Made by a program: the position numbers and the translations under genes
The notes under the pieces: generated by a model
The model's input: the letters and a program-made list of their open reading frames with translations, nothing else
Databases searched by the model: none
Told to the model about the DNA's origin: nothing
In this document: positions 50,571 through 63,845 of the stretch, piece by piece
How the letters are laid out: every line of letters starts with the position of its first letter
Numbering within the stretch: position 1 is the first letter of the stretch
Origin: Callorhinchus milii
Taxonomy: Eukaryota
Assembly: GCF_018977255.1 (NCBI RefSeq)
Contig: NW_024704757.1
Span: 9,982,001 to 10,046,000, forward strand
Direction: 5' to 3'
Length of the DNA stretch: 64,000 bases

Positions 50571-53500
50571 ACAGTTAACCCCTCCTTCGTCCACCCACCC
50601 GACAGCCTGCACTGATCCATCCAGCGGGGGGTTTAGTGTTTATGAGAATTGACACAAAGCATGTCTGGAATCTGCCCTTACCAGCAATTTCTTATACATG
50701 TGTCTTACTCATGGGTATAGATTTAAATTTTCCATACATTTTTCCTCCCCAATATTCACATTATTCAAATGGAGAGAAAAAAAATCTGCACCTGCAAATG
50801 TTTAATAACTGAGGTCTGTTGGAATGGTACATTGCTCAGAGGTCCTTTGGGAGACTATAGTGCGCTTAAAAACAATCTGAATCCCATTCTCCCATGGCTC
50901 TGCCACTTATGCAGTATCAATACTAGCAAATAAAGTACCAGTCCTGGTTTGATACCAGTTGTATTCTGTCACAATTTGCATGCTGTCACTTGTCAATCAA
51001 AGCAGTTCCACTAGTTGAGTTTGCAGCTATCGCTTCCATTAATCCATTTAAATAACATAAAATTTTAAACAAAATAGCCTCTGGTATTTGGTACTTTATC
51101 CTAGATTAGATCAGTGTTTTGGTGACCTCTAAATAAACCACGTAATAAAATTTTACGTTTAGAAATAATAGCCTCGGGCCACAAGAGAATATAACTGGTT
51201 TTATTCATTTGCTTGAAAATGAAAGAATGCCCATGTCAGGTTGGATTTTTCATCCATAGTTTCAGATGCATCTGATTCCGAAATATGAATGATTAAACAG
51301 CTTTGTTTTTTAAACAAATTGTGTGCTGTATGTTTTTACTTCTCATGGTGATGGATGGAGCTTCAATTTACAGGGGTTTTGTTTTATTGTACTGCACTCC
51401 CTGGTCAGTTACAAAGCAGGTTAAATTTAGGGAAACGTTGCCATCCAGCTCCCAGGTCAGGAATAGACTTTGTTAGGTTCTGGATTGTAGCCATGCTTCA
51501 AGCACCCGTTAGATTGACAGGGACCCCAATCTCCACTCTCTTTGGATCTCAACATCCCTCCAGTTTGAGCTTCGATTTAGATCCAAGATGTTATGATTAT
51601 TGAAACCCATTGTATCAGTTATTGCCTTAGCCTAAAAGTGACTCAGGCACTGGATACGGCAATTTTGAAATTGATGGGTACAGCTAAAAACACAGTACCT
51701 TTACATGACTAGTTGTAGGTGTAAGATTCAGTGGCAAATGATTCTATTAAATATAAGCTACAGTCCCAGACCAACTAAATCAAATGAAACATTATTGCCC
51801 TGATTGAAGTGGACAATTTTCCCAGGTCAGGGGCTACTTGTTCAACAGGACTCAGTACTATCTGCCACTTTGGAGAACTACACACAAAACACACTATTCA
51901 TACTCTGGTTGGAAGATGTAAATAAAAAAACGTTAACATCGTCTTTTCTCCGAATTGCTCCTTCACAAATCTACCGTGACTTTTGCTGCTACTCAGAAAT
52001 GAGAAATGTCAGCCAGAGTATCTGGCTCCTTTGGAGCAGGAAGTAAGTGTTACCTTACCGACCAGGTCCACCCTGAACACAAACATACTATATAAAAAGT
52101 CTTGTCATTTATTGCAGGAAAGTGCTCATTCAGCAATATGCAAAATTCTGGATCAGGGACAAGAAGTTTGGGTGTCTTTGTTTGGTGCGGTAGTTAACAT
52201 ATAAAGTGAATGAAAATTTGCATGGGATTAAAAAAAAAGTACAAGCCCTAAATAATAGAATTTATTATATTCTGTTACAATTTCAGAGTGAAGATTTCAG
52301 TCACATTAGAAACCAAATAAAGGATTCTCAGAACAGAGTTACAGACAGATACTAATTGAGGGTTTCAGGTGGTTTATATACAGAATAATGGATGCCTAGG
52401 AGTCGGTTACAGTTAGATCAAGAGGTTCAGATGGCTTATTTTCAGAAAACCAGATTTCTGACTAAGTTACATGGCAAGTTCAAACATGAGGCAGCAAGAT
52501 TGCAAGAGCAAGGCAGCAATAGTCAGATAGGGAGAGCAAGGTAGCTCTACTGAACTTATGGCTCAAGCTTCACTTCTCATTGATATCACCAGGGCTGTGG
52601 ATTAGAGTTTCTGAAGCTCCGTGACAGTTGTTATTTATTTCCATACAGAAGGTGCCTTTGTTACAGGCCAATACAATGATAACTAAAATAAGGACTTACC
52701 CAACCACTGCTATCCGGAATATAAAACCACAATGAGCTCATTAGCTCTTTTGGGATGCTGTATATGATGCAAGAGAAAGTTCGTTAGATTCAAATAAAAT
52801 GAACCAAAAGGCTAAGCCCTCAACAACACAGCCCCCACAGGACAGAGAAGAAGCAGGCTGGGGCAACGTAAATGACCAGTCTGATTGCCATTTTGATATT
52901 AAATGTAGCTGGAAATAAAACCATTCTGCCGCAAAGCAACCAGACCCACAGAATACAGACCATATGTATGGACATAATTACTTCAGCTCTGCTTCAATTT
53001 CTGCCCAGAATAGTGTTCTCTCTGACCAAACAAGGTGGAGCAGAGCAGGTGTGCCAGTCTCTATTTGAAAAGGAGCTAGGAACTTTTGAATGGAGCATCG
53101 GAGCAGAGCAGAAGCAGAGAACGTTTAAGAAAAGCAGAAGCAAAGAAAGAAACAGCAGTGACCTGAGGTTCCTCAGCACTGTTCATCATGAGGCAGAGGA
53201 TGGTTCTCAGTATTGAAGTAAATGCTCTCAAACCCTGGGCAGGTACTGGTAACTAAACTGCTCAAATGGTCTGGGTGTGCAACAGACTCCTCTTCATTCT
53301 TAAAGGTTCCATCACGATACGTTTACCGTATATTTTTTGTTGTCACTGTAAAATGCAAATGGGGGCCTGCTGAGAAAGAACGGCAAAAATATATTCACAG
53401 AAAAGCTACAGTTTGCAAAAGGTCTTCAGAAGAATAATGTGCCCCCAGAGGATTGAGTACTCTAGAGTTCACAGCACAAAATGATTATTCTTTGAGTTGT

Positions 53501-54231
53501 TTTTCATTGCATAATTTGCACAAAAAAATCCTCTTGTCTGATCCTGTGGATTGACCTGTGGATTGGCCTTCCAGATGGACACAGTTATTTGGTGTCAAGA
53601 CCGTGCTGCGATGCTGGTGAGAGCAGGCTGGATATAGTTAGGATGTGCTTTACTGAGCCACAGCACATGTAGTCTCTCAGGAGGGGGTTCTCTCAGGCAG
53701 CTCCATATTAACCATCAGTGGACACGCGCTGAAGCTTAGCTGCCAAAGTACAAGCAAGTGGGGGGGAGAGAGAAGAGAAATTGGGACTCAAAGCCTTAGT
53801 GGTGCAAAAATTGTGGCAGAGAAAAAGGCTCTGCCTCTCAGATGTGGACTCGCTATGCATTTTTTTTTGCTCTTTATTCCCTCTTTCACTTGCTGTCCCT
53901 CTAGCTACACCTTTCTCTTTTTTTTAATTCACTCTCTTTCTCTCTTCTCTCTGACTGACTTCCATCTGTTAATTTTCTCAGCCAATCGTGCCAATCAGCA
54001 CAGATGCAGATTTACGAACGGCGATTCTGCACGTAAATGTTGGAACCAACTGAGGGCACGAAAAGGCAGTAAAGAAATGAGTTTAGAGTTTGGAAGAAAC
54101 AATAAAAGAAAATTCTAATGAAACAGTGACCGTAGTAGTATCAATAAAACACAGAAATATTAAGAAAAATTGTGAGAGAAAAAAATTGGGAACTAGCACT
54201 GAGAGAGGTATCACTAAACCCCGATGTCTAA

Positions 54232-54442
54232 GCTCCCGCAGTCCCTCCACCTCGCCCCCTTCCTTGCTTCCTTCAAGACTCTTCTCTTGGACCATGCCTT
54301 CAGTCTCCTACCTTCTACCCTCCCAGCCCTCCACCCCTCTGATCCCCAATCACCAGCTCAGGTGTGGATCCCCGACTGTCCAGCGCCTTGGGACGTCCTT
54401 TTCACATGAAAGGTGCTATACAAACGTAATTTGTTGCTGTTT
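54232..54442 (+). mobile_element. L2 LINE 3' end
   Basis: LPQSLHLAPFLASFKTLLLDHAF; cagcgccttgggacgtccttttcacatgaaaggtgctatac...ttgttgctgtt. Confidence 0.85.
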
Positions 54443-55743
54443 TCATTACATAACACACCAACATTTCTCTTGTGTGGATCACAAGACAAGTTATCTGTCC
54501 CTGAAGTTGAACAACTGTGCAACCCGACACAAAGTGTAAAACCCAGTGGAACGGTCGTCAAAGGAGAATGAAGGCAGGAATAACAAACACGAGAAAAGTT
54601 AACCTAGACCAATACACTCATCTCTTTTATTTAAACTCTCCACCCCAAATATTCCCCCATCCCCCATTCTCTCTCTCTCGCTTCAGAGATAGTTGCTTCT
54701 TGAATCAATTGATGCTGTCAGTTTCAATGACCTTCTCCTGGTAACCTATTCCACATGTTTCACCTGGCTTCCCTCTAACTTCCGAATATTTATCTTCTGT
54801 CCCCTGATGTTTGAATCCATTCCTATAGAGATCAATTTGTCCACATCAACTTCATAATCCCATGAACTTCCAAAGAGAACAGATCTAATTTCCTTTTTCT
54901 TTCCTCGAAATCCGAAATCTTCCTGTCTGCTTTCACAGGCAGTATTGTCTTTCTTAAGATTAGGTGACTGGAACGGCACCTATTAATCTTGGTCTTTAGC
55001 CTCCTGGCTGCTTGTGGGATATTTCTATGCACAAATTGTTTACTGAGATTATTTCCAAATATACAGGGCCTATAGTTAATGATAATTACTGTAAAGGGCT
55101 TTTGAAACTTTGATGTTTCAGGTGCTGGACCAAATGCAAGAATTATTTATTGCAATGCAATTTGTCCTTTTTTTGTCCATCCTCTCCTTCGTGGTTGAAT
55201 ATGAAAGGAACCAGTCAATGGAAATTGAAAGGCCATATTGACTCCTGCTTTTACAGCATATCTTCTGCAGTGTTTCTGAATTTGCTACATTTGTTCTTTG
55301 CTGTTGGTTGTGTAATATTTCTTGGATTTAGTCACGCTATTTTGTTACTGATGCATCTTGGCTTCATTGTCCTACATCAGGGGACTAGAAATTCCTATCA
55401 ACTGAGTCTTGCCTTACCTAGTGTGCAGTCGTCAATTTTTCCTTGATCTATTCCACTCACTGCAAATCGGAGTCTGTGAAGGGATGTGGCAGGATTCTGG
55501 GATGGACAATGGAAAAATAAATTCCTTACCTTGGGTTCCTGATCAGCTTAGGCCTGCCTGAATTTAATATACAATGTGACTGAGTGATTTACTGAGCTAC
55601 ATGCTCGTTGCTCTGGATACATTTCCAGCATGTTTAATGTCAAAAGATTTATTTTTTCATCTTAGAGCCAAATGCACATGGTACACACTAACTGCTTGAG
55701 GCTTTGCATGTTGTTTTGGTATTAAGAAAATAAATTTGTTTCA

Positions 55744-55840
55744 ACAGTTCCTAGTGGATAAGGCACCACAAAACTGCCAGAGGTAGCATTAAATTGGTAC
55801 CATCACCCAGAAAGCTTGGTGAGAGAGAAAGAGAAAATGT
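55744..55840 (+). mobile_element. LF-SINE-like core fragment
   Basis: cagttcctagtggataaggcaccacaaaactgcc...gcattaaattggtacc parallels the recalled LF-SINE core CAGTTCCTAGTGGACAGG...CACAAAACC...CTAATTGGCACC. Confidence 0.55.
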
Positions 55841-58800
55841 CACCAGTAAATCACTGGACGCTCTTTTGATATTGGTGGCAAGAGCTATTTCACTGTTAAT
55901 GGAACAGTGCAGAGGAACTTTACCCTGCAGTTAAACCATGCTGTATCAGACCAGAGAGCGATGGATGGGTCAGCATAGAAGAATTTTACTTCATACCTAA
56001 CCTGCATAAAGATTCCTCTTTCTATCCCCAGCAATACCATCCAGAACACACTTTCCCACTAGAAAAACCATCAAGTCAATCTCCTGTTTCCCTTCATTTT
56101 CTGCACAGAAGATCCCAGGCTTTAAGCCTTGCCAATGCTGTTCAGAAATTCCAGGCACCAACCTGCACCCACCAAATCCCAATGATTCTGCACTCATGTC
56201 TCCATTCCACAAAGACTATTTTTGGGCATTTTATGCTTATGAAAGCGAGGGATAGAGTACTGGAATACTCCCATTTTGGTTGCCTAGCAATGACAGCAAA
56301 CATTCCTCAGACAGATGTGGTATGGTTAGATGGAAGAAGGCTCCCTCTACCCGCTTTTGATCACACCACTATGTAATACACAGCGTGAAATGTATGTCTA
56401 GGGTCAGGAAATATCAATGAACAGTCACTCTATTGCCAGTTAGGTCTTGCACTTGGAAAAATAAAACTCGATCGCACATCACATGGTCGCAAAGAAAACA
56501 TTCTGCCCTATCCCAGAACTGGCCTATCCCAGCACAATACGGTTAGAAAACTTCCAAGTAAGAACAATTGAAGCCAAACAAATGCTCATTAGATTCTACA
56601 TTGTATGTATTTCATAAATACATTCTATATATAAACTATATATGTGGGGAATACATTAACCTTTGGTATACCAATTGTGCATTTTGCCATCGCCTGACAC
56701 GATGTACTGAAGATTTAATGCAAGCATTAGTGCTGAACCTTCCTCATCCCACCCTCCTGTGTAGCAAACACCCTCACAAAATAATTGGGTGCATTGGCAG
56801 ATTCAGTAGTCATTATTAGCACAGAAATCACACTACAGGGTGATGTGATGTGCAGCATGCAGAGCCAGAATACAAAGCACCAATACATTGTGGAGGTGAC
56901 GTGGCAGAAGAGTTGGATGAGGTACGGCAGGGGGTGGGGGGGGAGGGAAAGGTATCTTGTGTCACAAAGGTTCAGTTGTGACACTACTGGTTAGCTCAAT
57001 GAAGTGCACACAGTTCCCTTAGTGACCAAAGAACCACGTAATAAATAGTATCCCCTCAGCATAACATCATAAAGACAGAAAAACCCAGTGTAAGATTCCA
57101 AACGTGGAAAGTACTTCATAATTGAAAGATTTCAAATTTTATATTGCGAACAAGAACACAGATGACAAAAAAGTTAATTTGCAAAAGGGTGAGGACTCGA
57201 GCCAATTTTTTTTCCTTCTTTCGAGAATGAACAGACAATAATCTGTTATGGGAAATTAAATTATTATGGAAAATGTTATGCTTCAATCGGGATTGGGCAA
57301 TAAAACCTGGGTCAGGAATTTTATGACAGGATGTGATTTAGTCCTTTGGAATTAATGTTTAGTTGTTGTTGTGTTTATTTGGCGTTTGATGCAGTTACTT
57401 TCCTCAGTTGAACCAGCTACTGTGACTACATCCACGGGAACCTAGTCACATCCTTTCCTTCTAGCAGAGTTCCTGCTGCTATTCACTATCTAGTGACCTC
57501 TTCTGGAAAGTGTGCAGATGTCAGCATAAGGCCAGAAGTGAATTGTTTGATGATGCCCCTGTGATTCATTAGACAGTTACTGCTCAATGTAGACATGTCA
57601 TTTGGATGAAGTACTGGAGGGTAAATGACTTCTATGGACCAGCATAGAAAAGACTTTACTCAGTTACCCCAACAAGATAAAAAGGCTGGGAAGGTGGTAG
57701 TAACGCGCAAAAGCCTCAAGTTTCAGATTAAATTTATAAAGCACGTTAACTTCACTTTGTCACACTGTCTGCCTCACTTAAATTAATTTCTAGCCATTAA
57801 TGGGAGTAAAAGTCTAGGATTATTTTTTTCTATTCAAGCCCCTCCCTCTAGGGATAGAAGAAATAAAACATTGTTGGATTTTAGCTGCAATGAGAATTCA
57901 TACTTCTTGAAGCCCTCGTCTTTTTTTTGGCCTGATGCATGTAGAAAATGCTTGCTTAGCTTAAGTCTCCAGTCTCTCAAGGATGAGGATGCCTGTACCC
58001 GGAGAACACAGCTGCAGGTTAGCATATGCCAAGACTTTAGGGAAACTAAAGTTACAAGCGACTGGTAATTTTCCTGCAACTTGTCCAGTTGGGACCAACC
58101 TGCCTGAAGTACTACAGAGCTGCCTGACTCAGGTAATGGGATCAGCAGAGCATTGAATCAGCAAAGCTCTGCTTTCAGTAGGCTTATTACAATGGAGCAG
58201 AAGCTAGTGGGAATCCCTCCAAACCCAAAAGGATGGTTAGAACATGGTCAGACACAGCTACTGCTGTACTAAAAGTTGCTCCAGTGTTTCAGGGTGGGTA
58301 CTGGGTGGTTCCGTTAGTTTATCAGGGGAGTCAATTTAACTGAACTTCAGTGCAGACCTGGAGTTGTCAGATCCCATAAACCATAATTCTGGTGAACAGC
58401 AAGAAAAACCCAGTAACTATTGAGGCTCAGTACAATTGCAACAATTTCACGCTACTGCCTCTGAAGACATCGGTTAACTCACTACAGACTAAGGATCAAA
58501 CCTGGGATCTTTGTACTGTGGGTGGTTCAGTTCCATATTGGTAAGTGCGTTTACCATGGGGAAAACTGGGGCAAATCTTTGAACTGATCTGTGATTCTTT
58601 CTGGGAGAGCGAGCTTCTCACTGAAAGCATTGGGCCCCGAGATTGAAAGTCCCCCCCACCTGAACTCCAACAGCTTTTTCTTCTTAAAGAAAATTACAAC
58701 AAAGGCTTTTTTGCTCCTTTTCTTCTTTTCCGACCAAGGAATAGATCTCAGGTTTGTCATCTCTCATTATCAGATTTGAACCTTCACACGTTAGCTATAG

Positions 58801-59521
58801 CTGCATCAACATATTCCTATATAACATAGAACCAGATGTTAACTTTTAAAAGCATTGGCATCAGTTACTCGATGAAACAAATACTAAATGCAATAGCTGT
58901 ACTCTGAGAGGGAGGTTGATGTTGATACCTCTGGGATCTCTGTGCTCTTTCGGGGGATGGCTTTGTCCATTATTTTGCTGCACAAATCCATCTGTTAGGA
59001 AGCCAGGAACAGGCTACTCAAGTCTATTCCATTTTTATTAAAAGACCATAGCAGATCTTTTAATTCCACTTCCCTACCGTTTCCACACAAGCCTAAAAAA
59101 CATTACTTGCAAGTATCTATTGATCTTCCTTTTCAGAAAAGGATGGATGAATTATAGACAGGAGCATGCAGGTTCCAAGACACAGCGTTGCAATTAATGG
59201 GTTTTTGAAAGTCTACCAATCTGGAATGGTCCAGTTTTAGATGACAATTGGACAAATGCACCGGAAGGAAGTCCAAGATAAAGGACAGTGTGGATATGTG
59301 CTGCTGAGGAAAGCTTGTGGCATCCACTCTCATACAGGTGCAAGTCTTGATGATGTAGATTCTTTTTCAATAAAACTTCCACATTTATAAAAATGATTGC
59401 AGCACAGGCAATGTAAAGTATTGTCACCACATTATACAGTCTATGTAATTGCTTGATAATTTACTAAACTGATACATGACACAGGTTTGATTGGCAGTCA
59501 TGCCCCTTTAAAGTAGTGCAA

Positions 59522-59860
59522 TGTCAGCCTGGCTCAGTTGGTAGTACTCTCATCTCAGAGGCAGAAGGTTGTGGTCTCCAGCCTCTATGTCGAGACTTTG
59601 AGCTGATGGTTTACGCTGACATTCTAATGCAGTGCTGGGGAGCTCTGCACTAGAGTGCCATGTTTCAGGTGAAACATTAATCCAAGGTCTCGTCTGGCTG
59701 TTTAGGTGGATGTTAAAATTGGTCATTCATTTCATGACTGTTTGTAGGACACTGATTGACTGCTGCTTTTGCCTAGGAAATCACGTTAACAGGAAGTACT
59801 GCAGTTTACAGTAAATATCCTGATGTGAATAGCTCTATATCACATGCAAGGATTATTATT
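59522..59860 (+). mobile_element. Deu-domain SINE
   Basis: tgtcagcctggctcagttggtagtactctc head; tttcaggtgaaacattaatccaaggtctcgtctggctgtttaggtggatgttaaa core; atgcaaggattattatt tail. Confidence 0.8.
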
Positions 59861-60567
59861 GTTGTTACAGAAAGCTCCTGAGTTTTCTACCAGTTTGGAT
59901 TCCCCCCGCTCTAAAGGTCTTGTTTACTTCATTGTAGATAATTTTGAACTACAGAGGTCTTCCTTTCAAGTGCCATCACTGGCACTTATCCAACATTATT
60001 TTCTTTCTGAGATCTTAAAACTGATAATATCACTTTCTCTACCATCGTAAATATGGTAACTTTATTTTTTCAAATAAGCCATTGAAATTGACAGCTGTGT
60101 ATTAAATTACTTTAATATTTAACCACTCTATTTTTCATTTCTACATGTTTTTTCGCATTAAGTCTTTTATGTCTGTCTATTCCTTGTTTATTTTTCAGTT
60201 TTTCCTCTTTTTCTTTCACTTGTTCAGTTTCCGTTTTTCTCGTTTCCAATCCTCAGCTTGTCCTTTCCCATTATTCGCTGCTTTGCTTGGCCGTTTCTGT
60301 TTCTCTTGTCTTGAGTTTCCTGTTATCCCGGTGTTTTCAACCTTTTTCTCACATTAGACCAAGAGTAAAAGTCAGCAAGGAGTAGATAAAACCTTGAGAG
60401 ATCCCAGGATCATCCAACAGCTTGTGGGAAATGCTACATTGAGATGTACATGGAGGAAAGGGGAAAGATCTGGACAGAAATTAGGTGAAGACTTAGCAAT
60501 GCCAAGTTGAGGCAGTAGGTGATGGGAAGGAAGGATGAGAGATAAATTTTGGATCCTGCACACACAC

Positions 60568-60830
60568 ACAGAATCTATTCCTTTCATAGAATCCTACTCC
60601 ACAGAAGGAGACCATTCGGCCCATTGTGCCTGGACCGGCAATTAGTCCCACTCTTCTGCTCTTCCCCCATAGCCTTGAATTTTTTTTTCTTTGCAGTAAA
60701 TATCCAATTCCCTGTTGAGTTATTATTGAATTATTGAACCCAATTCAGGCAATGCATTCCAGGTTGTAACAACTCGCTGTGTAAAACAGATTCCCCTGGT
60801 CTCCCCTCTGCTTCTTTTGCTCTTTTCTCT
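60568..60830 (-). mobile_element. CR1 LINE 3' end
   Basis: catagaatcctactccacagaaggagaccattcggccc; the minus ORF contains FTQRVVTTWNALPE, a CR1 motif. Confidence 0.88.
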
Positions 60831-60860
60831 CAAGTTCAGAGGTTCAAAATATATGATAAT

Positions 60861-61186
60861 GGAGTCCTGTAGCTCAGTGGTTAGAGCACACGCTTTGCAA
60901 GTGAGAGACCTGAGTTCAATTCCAGGCAGAGGGCGAAACCTTGGGCAAGTTTCCTTACTCCACACAGAGCCTAATAATAATCCCTCCAAAAAAAAAACAA
61001 TAATTAAATTGGTCATTTTCAATCTACGACTGTTTGTGGGACATTGCTGTGCGCAATTGGCTGCCGCGTTCGCCCACAAATATACAGTCAATTCACTTTA
61101 CAGTGTGTTCTGTGAAGCGCTTTGGGACGTCCTCCCGACGTGAAAAGTGCTATATCAAATGCAAGGATTATTATTATTATTATTAT
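60861..61186 (+). mobile_element. Full-length young tRNA(Ala)-derived SINE
   Basis: ggagtcctgtagctcagtggttagagcacacgctttgcaag...gagttcaattcc; (ATT)n tail; near-identical to 21970-22298. Confidence 0.92.
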
Positions 61187-61881
61187 AGAGCAGGAGGTGC
61201 CAAGAGTGAGTAGATAGAGAAGGAAGTGAGGATACTGATATCCATGTATCAGGTCCCTTTGTGAGAACCAGAACCAATTATACCAGTGAGTCTCTTTGAC
61301 TCAGAGTCCAGGCTATTCTTTGAGTTACATACTGTACTTACTCCCTCGTGGTAACAGTTTCATTTCAGTTTGACTGACAATTTTAACTTGCTTTGAATAA
61401 TATTAAAGGAGACATGCTTAGAACATTAATACTGAATAAATAGGAGATGTCATTATACTCCAGCATTTCCAATGAGAACAGATATTTTTGTTTGGTATCG
61501 ACTGAAAAGTATCAGATACTGAATAGATCACAAAGCGTTACTATACAAATATATCCAACTGATAATTAATCTACAATTTAATCTGCAATTTAATCCTCTC
61601 TGGGAATGCTGTGCACTGGTGCTAAAGTGATTCCAGGCGCTGTGAAATACTTCTTCCTCTCATGGTGGATGAAGCCCTGTATTCTTCATTGTTTTTAGCA
61701 TCATCTCTCTCCATCCACACACTGTCTCTGTGGTTCTTTATGATATATGATGCGTGTTGTGGTTGAAATGTGGAGCATTCGGTGAGATAACTAGGTTTTC
61801 CTTCAGACACGTACAATGTTAAGATGATTGAGTCAACCTTGTTCAGTTACTCTTGCCTCTGAATCAGAAGGTTGCGGATTT

Positions 61882-62474
61882 AACAACAACAAAATTACAT
61901 TTGTATAGCACTTTTCACTTCAGGAGGACATCCCAAGGCACTGGACCTAAGCTGGGGGTCAAGATTGGGCCAGGTGGAGGGCGGGGGGGGGGGGGGGAAG
62001 GAGGGTGATCGAAAGCACGGTCGAAGAGGAGGGTCTTGAGATAGGGCTTGAAGGAGACGAGGGAGGGGGCAAGGCGGAGGGACTGTGGGGTGGAGTTCCA
62101 GAGGGCGGGGGCAGAGTGGCTGAAGGCCCGCCTGGTGAGGCCGGGAATGTGAAGCAGGCCGGAGCCCAACTGAGCAGAGGGAGCGGGCTGGTTGGTAGGG
62201 GCTTAGAATTTGGCAGAGGTTGGTGGGGGGGGGGGGGGGGAAGGAGTGAGGCCATGGAGGGCTTTGAAGGTGAGGACCAGGATCTTCAACCGTATCCTCT
62301 GTGTGATGGGGAGTCAGGCGAGGATGGGGTTGATAGTGTCACAGAGCCTGGTGTGGGAGAGGACAAGGGCTGCAGAGTTCTGGATGATCTGTAACCTATG
62401 GAGGGAGGAGTTGGGGAGGACGACTAGCAGGGAGTTTGCAATAGTCAAGCCTGGATGTTATGAATGAGTGTATG
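61882..62474 (-). mobile_element. L2 LINE 3' portion inserted in a Deu SINE
   Basis: Minus ORF RAFSHSAPALWNSTPQSLRLAPSLVSFKPYLKTLLFDRAF; (caa)n tail at 61882. Confidence 0.9.
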
Positions 62475-62765
62475 AGTTCCCACTTTGGGACTTAAATCAC
62501 ATATAGTATATGCTAACACCCCAGTACAGTGCTGGTGTGTGCTGCATTGTCTGAGGTGCCATCCTTTGGATGAGATGTTAAATCAAGGTTCCATCTGCCT
62601 GTCCAGGTGACTTAACAATCCAATGGCGCTATTTGAAAGAGAAGAGTTTCACTCGGTGTCTCGCCAAACAATCCCCCAAATCAAATTGGTCACTCACTCC
62701 ATGGCTGTTTGTGAGGCACTGCTGTGTGCATACCAGTTGCTGCATTTGCCCACAAAATACACACT
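62475..62765 (+). mobile_element. Deu-domain SINE body (head at about 61830-61881)
   Basis: ggtgccatcctttggatgagatgttaaatcaaggttccatctgcctgtccaggtg core. Confidence 0.8.
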
Positions 62766-62779
62766 CCCACCACAATCTT

Positions 62780-63190
62780 GCATTAGATCCTGGTCCTCAC
62801 CTTCAAAGCTCTCCATAGTGTTGTTCCCCCCTACCTGTGTGACCTCCTAAGCCCCTACTAACCTGCCCGCTACCTCCACTCAGTGGACTCTGTCCTGCTT
62901 CACGTACCCCATCTTGCTCACCCCACCATTGGCAGGCAGAGCTTCAGCCATTCTGCCCCCATCCTCTGGAACTCCATCCTGCAATCCCTCTGCCTCGCCC
63001 ACTCCCTTGTCTCCTTCAGACCCATCTCAAGACCCTCCCCTTTGACCATGCCTTCAATCACCTTCCTTCCTCCCCTGCCCTCCACCCTCCCCGATCCCAA
63101 CCCCCAGCTCATCCGAACCACTGATTTTCCAGCCCTTTGGGATGTCCACCTGACATGAAAGGTGCCATACAAATGTAATTTTGCTGTTGC
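62780..63190 (+). mobile_element. L2 LINE 3' portion
   Basis: ORF PTIGRQSFSHSAPILWNSILQSLCLAHSLVSF; tgggatgtccacctgacatgaaaggtgccatac tail. Confidence 0.88.
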
Positions 63191-63719
63191 CACATCACTT
63201 TACAGTATATCCTGTGCAGAATAATCAAGGATTATTATTAAACAAGGGAGGGATGCAGTTTGTAGGAAATATTGATGATAATAATTCTTGCATTAGATAT
63301 AGAGCCTCATCAAATTGTCGAGACTTCTCAAAGCGCTTCACGGCAAACACTATAAAGTGGCGTGACTGCGCGTTTTATGCAATTGATGTTTTCTGTGTTA
63401 CACCCTCGTCTATACAGTGAACTTTAGTTAATTGCTATAAGTATAATTGCTATAACTCAGTAGATATTTGAAACTGGTGAATAATTAAGGGATGTTTTTA
63501 CTAAAAGTTCAACAATATCTTTTTAAAAAAAACTCAGTGGCCTAGTTTATTGAGGGAAAAAGAGTTGTAGCGGGGAGGGTGCGAGGACAGGTGGAGCCCA
63601 TGTAGAATATTGACACTGGCACAGATTAGTTGGGCCAAATAGCATGTTTCCGTGCTGGTCTGTTGTAACAGAAGTATGTGAAGTCTTTCATGTCAGACCG
63701 TTTCTTTCTCTTCTGTTCC

Positions 63720-63845
63720 ATCTCGCTCTTCTCAATGTGAACAAGACTGAAGCCATTCTTTGGCCCTTGCTAGCACTTATGCACCTCTGGCTGCGATTCC
63801 ACCAACCTCCCTGGCTCTGAGGCTGATCCAAGTGGCAGAAAACAT
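63720..63845 (+). mobile_element. L2 ORF2 fragment
   Basis: cttctcaatgtgaacaagactgaagccatt encodes LLNVNKTEAI, an L2 LN..KTE motif. Confidence 0.6.

Noticed and set aside
52994-53179. 61-aa minus-strand ORF resembling a signal peptide
   Set aside because: The hydrophobicity comes from a purine-rich low-complexity tract, the start is GTG, and I see no recognisable family or exon structure.
60861-60932. tRNA-Ala(TGC) gene (also 22227-22298)
   Set aside because: The acceptor stem does not pair and the sequence runs straight into SINE body and tail; these are tRNA-derived SINE heads.
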